Assembly (NCBI RefSeq): GCF_009914755.1
Contig: NC_060925.1
From: the human T2T-CHM13v2.0 reference genome, Homo sapiens
Length of the DNA stretch: 64,000 bases
Strand: one strand, 5' to 3'
Under the pieces are notes generated by a model. It was not told the origin of the DNA and ran no database searches. It saw only the letters and a program-made list of their open reading frames with translations. The stretch's first letter is position 1. Each line of letters opens with the position of its first letter. The translations under genes were made by a program, and so were the position numbers. This document shows positions 57,168-64,000 of this stretch, one piece after another.

Positions 57168-58474
57168 ATGAAATTGAAATGGATGGACTCATCATCGAAT
57201 GGATTCGAATGGAATCATCGAATAAAATTGATTGAAATCATCATCGAATGGAATCGAATGGTATCATTGAATGGAATCGAATGGAATCATCATCAGATGG
57301 AAATGAATGGAATCGTCATAGAATGGAATCGAATGGATTCATTGAATGGAATCAGATGGAATCATCGAATGGACTGGAATGGAATCATTGAATGGACTCG
57401 AAAGGGATCATTATTGAATGGAATTGAATGGAATCATCGAATGGTCTCGATTGGAATCATTATCAAATGGAATCGAATGGAATCACCGAATAGAATCGAA
57501 TGGAACAATCATCGAATGGACTCAAATGGAATTATCCTCAAATGGAATCGAATGGAATTATCGAATGCAATCGAATGGAATTATCGAATGCAATCGAATA
57601 GAATCATCGAATGGACTCGAATGGAATCATCGAATGGAATGGAATGGAACAGTCAATGAACTCGAATGGAATCATTATTGAATGGAATCGAATGGAATCA
57701 TCGAGTGGAATCGAATGGAATTATGATCAAATGGAATCGAATGTAATCATCATCAAATGGAATCAAAAATAACCATCATCAATTGGTATTGAATGGAATT
57801 GTCATCAAATGGAATTTAAGGGAATCATCATCAAATGGAACCGAATGGAATCCTCATTGAATGGAAATGAAAGTGGTCATCATCTAATGGAATCGCATGG
57901 AATCATCATCAAATGGAATCGAATGGAATCATCATCAAATGGAATCTAATGGAATCATTGAAAGAATTGAATGGAATCATCATCGAATGAATTGAATGCA
58001 ATCATCGAATGGTCTCGAATGGAATCATCTTCTAATGGAAAGGAATGGAATCATCGCATAGAATCGAATGGAATTATCATCGAATGGAATCGAATGGAAT
58101 CAACACCAAACGGAAAAAAACGGAATTATCGAATGGAATCGAAGAGAATCATCGAATGGACCCGAATGGAATCATCTAATGGAATGGAATGGAATAATCC
58201 ATGGACTCGAATGCAATCATCATCGAATGGAATCGAATGGAATCATCGAATGGACTCGAATGGAATAATCATTGAAGGGAATCGAATGGAATCATCATCG
58301 GATGGAAACGAATGGAATCATCATCGAATGGAATCGAATAGAATTATGGAATGAAATCCAGTGTGATCATCATCGAATGGACCCGAATGGAATCATCATC
58401 CAACGTAAGCTAATGGAATCAACATCGAATGAATCGAATGGAAACACCATCGAATTGAAACGAATGGAATTACC

Positions 58475-60397
58475 ATGAAATTGAAATGGATGGACTCATC
58501 ATCGAATGGATTCGAATGGAATCATCGAATAAAATTGATTGAAATCATCATCGAATGGTATCGAATGGTATCATTGAATGGAATCGAATGGAATCATCCT
58601 CAGATGGAAATGAATGGAATCGTCATAGAATGGAATCGAATGGATTCATTGAATGGAATCAGATGGAATCATCGAATGGACTGGAATGGAATCATTGAAT
58701 GGACTCGAAAGGGATCATTATTGAATGGAATTGAATGGAATCATCAAATGGTCCCGATTGGAATCATTATCAAATGGAATCGAATGGAATCACCGAATAG
58801 AATCGAATGGAACAATCATCGAATGGACTCAAATGGAATTATCCTCAAATGGAATCGAATGGAATTATCGAATGCAATCGAATGGAATTATCGAATGCAA
58901 TCGAATAGAATCATCGAATGGACTCGAATGGAATCATCGAATGGAATGGAATGGAACAGTCAATGAACTCGAATGGAATCATCATTGAATGGAATCGAAT
59001 GGAATCATCGAGTGGAATCGAATGGAATTATGATCAAATGGAATCGAATGTAATCATCATCAAATGGAATCAAAAATAACCATCATCAATTGGTATTGAA
59101 TGGAATTCTCATCAAATGGAATTCAAAGGAATCATCATCAAATGGAACTGAATGGAATCCTCATTGAATGGAAATGAAAGGGGTCATCATCTAATGGAAT
59201 CGCATGGAATCATCATCAAATGGAATCGAATGGAATCATCATCAAATGGAATCTGATGGAATCATTGAACAGAATTGAATGGAATCGTCATCGAATGAAT
59301 TGAATTCAATCATCGAATGGTCTCGAATGTAATCACATTCTAATGGAAAGGAATGGAATCATCGCATAGAATCGAATGGAATTAACATTGAATGGACTCG
59401 AATGGAATCAACATCAAACGGAATCAAGCGGAATTATCGAATGGAATCGAAGAGAATCATCGAATGGTCTCGAATGGAATCATCTTCTAATGGAAAGGAA
59501 TGGAATCATCTCATAGAATCGAATGGAATTAACATTGAATGAACTCGAATGGAATCAACATCAAATGCAATCAAGCGGAATTGTTGAATGAAATCGAAGA
59601 GAATCATCGAATGGACTCGAATGGAATCATCTAATGGAATGGAATGGAATAATCCACGGACTCGAATGCAATCATCATCGTATAGAATCGAATGGAATCA
59701 TCGAAAGGACTCGAATGGAATAACCATTGAACGGAATCGAATGGAATCATCATCGGATGGAAACGAATGGAATCATCATCGAATGGAAATGAAAGGAGTC
59801 ATCATCTAATGGAATTGCATGGAATCATCATCAAATGGAATCGAATGGAATCATCATCAAATGGAATCAAATGGAATCATTGAACGGAATTGAATGGAAT
59901 CGTCATCGAATGAATTGAATGCAATCATCGAATGGTCTCGAATGGAATCATCTTCAAATGGAATGGAATGGAATCATCGCATAGAATCGAATGGAATTAT
60001 CATCGAATGGAATCGAATGGTATCAACATCAAACGGAAAAAAACGGAATTATCGAATGGAATCGAAGAGAATCTTCGAACGGACCCGAATGGAATCATCT
60101 AATGGAATGGAATGGAATAATCCATGGACTCGAATGCAATCATCATCGAATGGAATCGAATGGAATCATTGAATGGACTCGAATGGAATAATCATTGAAC
60201 GGAATCGAATGGAATCATCATCGGATGGAAATGAATGGAATCATCATCGAATGGAATCGAATAGAATTATGGAATGAAATCCAGTGTGATCATCATCGAA
60301 TGGACCCGAATGGAATCATCATCCAACGGAAGCTAATGGAATCAACATCGAATGAATCAAATGGAAACACCATCGAATTGAAACGAATGGAATTATC
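58475..60397 (+). repeat. 1,923 bp unit (1776 + 147)
   Basis: Anchors at 58475 and 60398. ATCAAGCGG occurs at 59423 and 59570. Confidence 0.88.
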
Positions 60398-63300
60398 ATG
60401 AAATTGAAATGGATGGACTCATCATCAAATGGATTCGAATGGAATCATCGAATAAAATTGATTGAAATCATCATCGAATGGAATCGAATGGTATCATTGA
60501 ATGGAATCGAATGGAATCATCATCTGATGGAAATGAATGGAATCGTCATAGAATGGAATCGAATGGATTCATTGAATGGAATCAGATGGAATCATTGAAT
60601 GGACTGGAATGGAATCATTGAATGGACTCGAAAGGGATCATTATTGAATGGAATTGAATGGAATCATCGAATGGTCTCGATTGGAATCATTATCAAATGG
60701 AATCGAATGGAATCACCGAATAGAATCGAATGGAACAATCATCGAATGGACTCAAATGGAATTATCCTCAAATGGAATCGAATGGAATTATCGAATGCAA
60801 TCAAATAGAATCATCGAATGGACTCGAATGGAATCATCGAATGGAATGGAATGGAACAGTCAATGAACTCGAATGGAATCATCATTGAATGGAATCGAAT
60901 GGAATCATCGAGTGGAATCGAATGTAATCATCATCAAATGGAATCAAAAATAACCATCATCAAATGGAATCAAAAATAACCATCATCAATTGGTATTGAA
61001 TGGAATTCTCATAAAATGGAATTCAAAGGAATCATCATCAAATGGAACCGAATGGAATCCTCATTGAATGGAAATGAAAGGGGTCATCATGTAATGGAAT
61101 CGCATGGAATCATCATAAAATGGAATCGAATGGAATCAACATCAAATGGAATCAAATGGAATCATTGAACGGAATTGAATGGAATGGTCATCGAAAGAAT
61201 TGAATGCAATCATCGAATGGTCTCGAATGGAATCATCTTCAAATGGAATGGAATGGAATCATCGCATAGAATCGAAAGGAATTGTCATCGAATGGAATCG
61301 AATGGAATCAACACCAAACGGAAAAAAACGGAATTATCGAATGGAATCGAAGAGAATCATCGAATGGACCCGAATGGAATCATCTAATGGAATGGAATGG
61401 AATAATCCATGGACACGAATGCAATCATCATCGAATGGAATCGAATGGAATCTTCGAATGGACTCAAATGGAATAATCATTGAACGGAATCGAATGGAAT
61501 CATCATCGGATGGAAACGAATGGAATCATCATCGAATGGAATCGAATAGAATTATGGAATGAAATCCAGTGTGATCATCATCGAATGGACCCGAATGGAA
61601 TCATCATCCAACGGAAGCTAATGGAATCAACATCGAATGAATCAAATGGAAACACCATCGAATTGAAACGAATGGAATTACCATGAAATTGAAATGGATG
61701 GACTCATCATCAAATGGATTCGAATGGAATCATCGAATAAAATTGATTGAAATCATCATCGAATGGAATCGAATGGTATCATTGAATGGAATCGAATGGA
61801 ATCATCATCAGATGGAAATGAATGGAATCGTCATAGAATGGAATCGAATGGATTCATTGAATGGAATCAGATGGAATCATTGAATGGACTGGAATGGAAT
61901 CATTGAATGGACTCGAAAGGGATCATTATTGAATGGAATTGAATGGAATCATCGAATGGTCTCGATAGGAATCATTATCAAATGGAATCGAATGGAATCA
62001 CCGAATAGAATCGAATGGAACAATCATCGAATGGACTCAAATGGAATTATCCTCTAATGGAATCGAATGGAATTATCGAATGCAATCGAATGGAATTATC
62101 GAATGCAATCGAATAGAATCATCGAATGGACTCGAATGGAATCATCGAATGGAATGGAATGGAACAGTCAATGAACTCGAATGGAATCATCATTGAATGG
62201 AATCGAATGGAATCATCGAGTGGAATCGAAAGGAATTATGACCAAATGGAATCGAATGTAATCATCATCAAATGGAATCAAAAATAACCATCATCAATTG
62301 GTATTGAATGGAATTGTCATCAAATGGAATTCAAAGGAATCATCATCAAATGGAACCGAATGGAATCCTCATTGAATGGAAATGAAAGGGGTCATCATCT
62401 AATGGAATCGCATGGAATCATCATCAAATGGAATCGAATGGAATCATCATCAAATGGAATCTAATGGAATCATTGAAAAGAATTGAATGGAATCGTCATC
62501 GAATGAATTGAATGCAATCATCGAATGGTCTCGAATGGAATCATCTTCTAATGGAAAGGAATGGAATCATCGCATAGAATCGAATGGAATTATCATCGAA
62601 TGGAATCGAATGGTATCAACACCAAACGGAAAAAAACGGAATTATCGAATGGAATCGAAGAGAATCTTCGAACGGACCCGAATGGAATCATCTAATGGAA
62701 TGGAATGGAATAATCCATGGACTCGAATGCAATCATCATCGAATGGAATCGAATGGAATCATCGAATGGACTCGAATGGAATAATCATTGAACGGAATCG
62801 AATGGAATCATCATCGGATGGAAACGAATGGAATCATCATCGAATGGAAGTGAAAGGAGTCATCATCTAATGGAATTGCATGGAATCATCATCAAATGGA
62901 ATCGAATGGAATCAACATCAAATGGAATCAAATGGAATCATTGAACGGAATTGAATGGAATCGTCATCGAATGAATTGAATGCAATCATCGAATGGTCTC
63001 GAATGGAATCATCTTCAAATGGAATGGAATGGAATCATCGCATAGAATCGAATGGAATTATCATCGAATGGAATCGAATGGAATCAACATCAAACGGAAA
63101 AAAACGGAATTATCGAATGGAATTGAAGAGAATCATCGAATGGACCCGAATGGAATCATCTAATGGAATGGAATGGAATAATCCATGGACTCGAATGCAA
63201 TCACCATCGAATGGAATCGAATGGAATCATCGAATGGACTCGAATGGAATAATCATTGAACGGAATCGAATGGAATCGTCATCGGAAGGAAATGAATGGA

Positions 63301-64000
63301 ATCATCATCGAATGGAATCGAATAAAATTATGGAATGAAATCCAGTGTGATCATCATCGAATGGACCCGAATGGAATCATCATCCAACGGAAGCTAATGG
63401 AATCAACATCGAATGAATCGAATGGAAACACCATCGAATTGAAACGAATGGAATTACCATGAAATTGAAATGGATGGACTCATCATCGAATGGATTCGAA
63501 TGGAATCATCGAATAAAATTGATTGAAATCATCATCGAATGGTATCGAATGGTATCATTGAATGGAATCGAATGGAACCATCCTCAGATGGAAATGAATG
63601 GAATCGTCATAGAATGGAATCGAATGGATTCATTCAATGGAATCAGATGGAATCATCGAATGGACTGGAATGGAATCATTGAATGGACTCGAAAGGGATC
63701 ATTATTGAATGGAATTGAATGGAATCATCGAATGGTCCCGATTGGAATCATTATCAAATGGAATCGAATGGAATCACCGAATAGAATCGAATGGAACAAT
63801 CATCGAATGGACTCAAATGGAATTATCCTCAAATGGAATCGAATGGAATTATCGAATGCAATCGAATGGAATTATCGAATGCAATCGAATAGAATCATCG
63901 AATGGACTCGAATGGAATCATCGAATGGAATGGAATGGAACAGTCAATGAACTCGAATGGAATCATCATTGAATGGAATCGAATGGAATCATCGAGTGGA

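Larger units (their letters stand above)
1..64000 (+). repeat. Human satellite II (HSat2/HSATII) tandem array, GAATG strand on +; probably an HSat2A ~1.8 kb family
   Basis: The sequence is made throughout of GAATG/GGAAT pentamers interleaved with CGAAT and ATCATCG (e.g. GAATGGAATCATCATCGAATGGAATC), the CpG-rich HSat2 signature rather than plain (GGAAT)n HSat3. There is no non-satellite interruption and no strand switch. The modal period is 1776 bp. Confidence 0.97.

Noticed and set aside
19-63972. Numerous 60-163 aa + strand ORFs (MESSSNE..., MKLKWMD..., MELNGII...)
   Set aside because: They are translations of GGAAT/CGAAT/CAT repeats, overlap in all three frames, repeat with the satellite period and are freely broken by stops and indels between copies. 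There are no recognisable domains or gene structure, so I used them only as coordinate landmarks.
1-64000. CRISPR-like or diversity-generating cassette system
   Set aside because: There is no constant repeat with unique spacers and no cas, RT or recombinase gene. The variation is SNPs and indels among tandem paralogs.
1-64000. HSat3 or alpha satellite assignment
   Set aside because: Pure GGAAT runs are only about 3 copies long and ATCATCG/CGAAT elements dominate, which is HSat2-like. There is no 171 bp monomer.
1-64000. Inversion or strand switch, or embedded L1/Alu/unique island
   Set aside because: I looked for CATTC-strand tracts and non-satellite sequence along the whole window and saw none.

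Overview
The whole 64 kb window is one uninterrupted, single-orientation array of human-type pericentromeric satellite II (HSat2/HSATII). It is built from (GAATG)n-derived sequence with frequent CGAAT and ATCATCG elements. The commonest unit is 1,776 bp with one EcoRI site, which best fits the ~1.8 kb HSat2A families (classically the chr1q12 1.77 kb unit; the chromosome is an inference). I find no genes, transposons, RNA genes, CRISPR arrays, unique sequence or inversions, and all listed ORFs are by-products of the repeat. The structure of interest lies in the repeat itself. The once-per-unit anchor ATGAAATTGAAATGGATGGAC (38 copies, 1734 to 63459) gives unit lengths of 840 + n x 468 bp (1308/1776/2244), modified by recurrent 23, 26 and 147 bp slips. 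On top of this are a young 2,616 bp dimeric higher-order repeat, 4,860 and 7,103 bp multi-unit duplications, and long-range copies 35 and 44 kb apart. A divergent module subfamily appears only after ~37.3 kb, and there is a 147 bp chimeric duplication whose two parent alleles are both in the window. I did not find a novel protein-coding or defence system; the findings concern satellite evolution and possible regulatory motif dosage. All comparisons were made by eye and from ORF coordinates, not by computed alignment.
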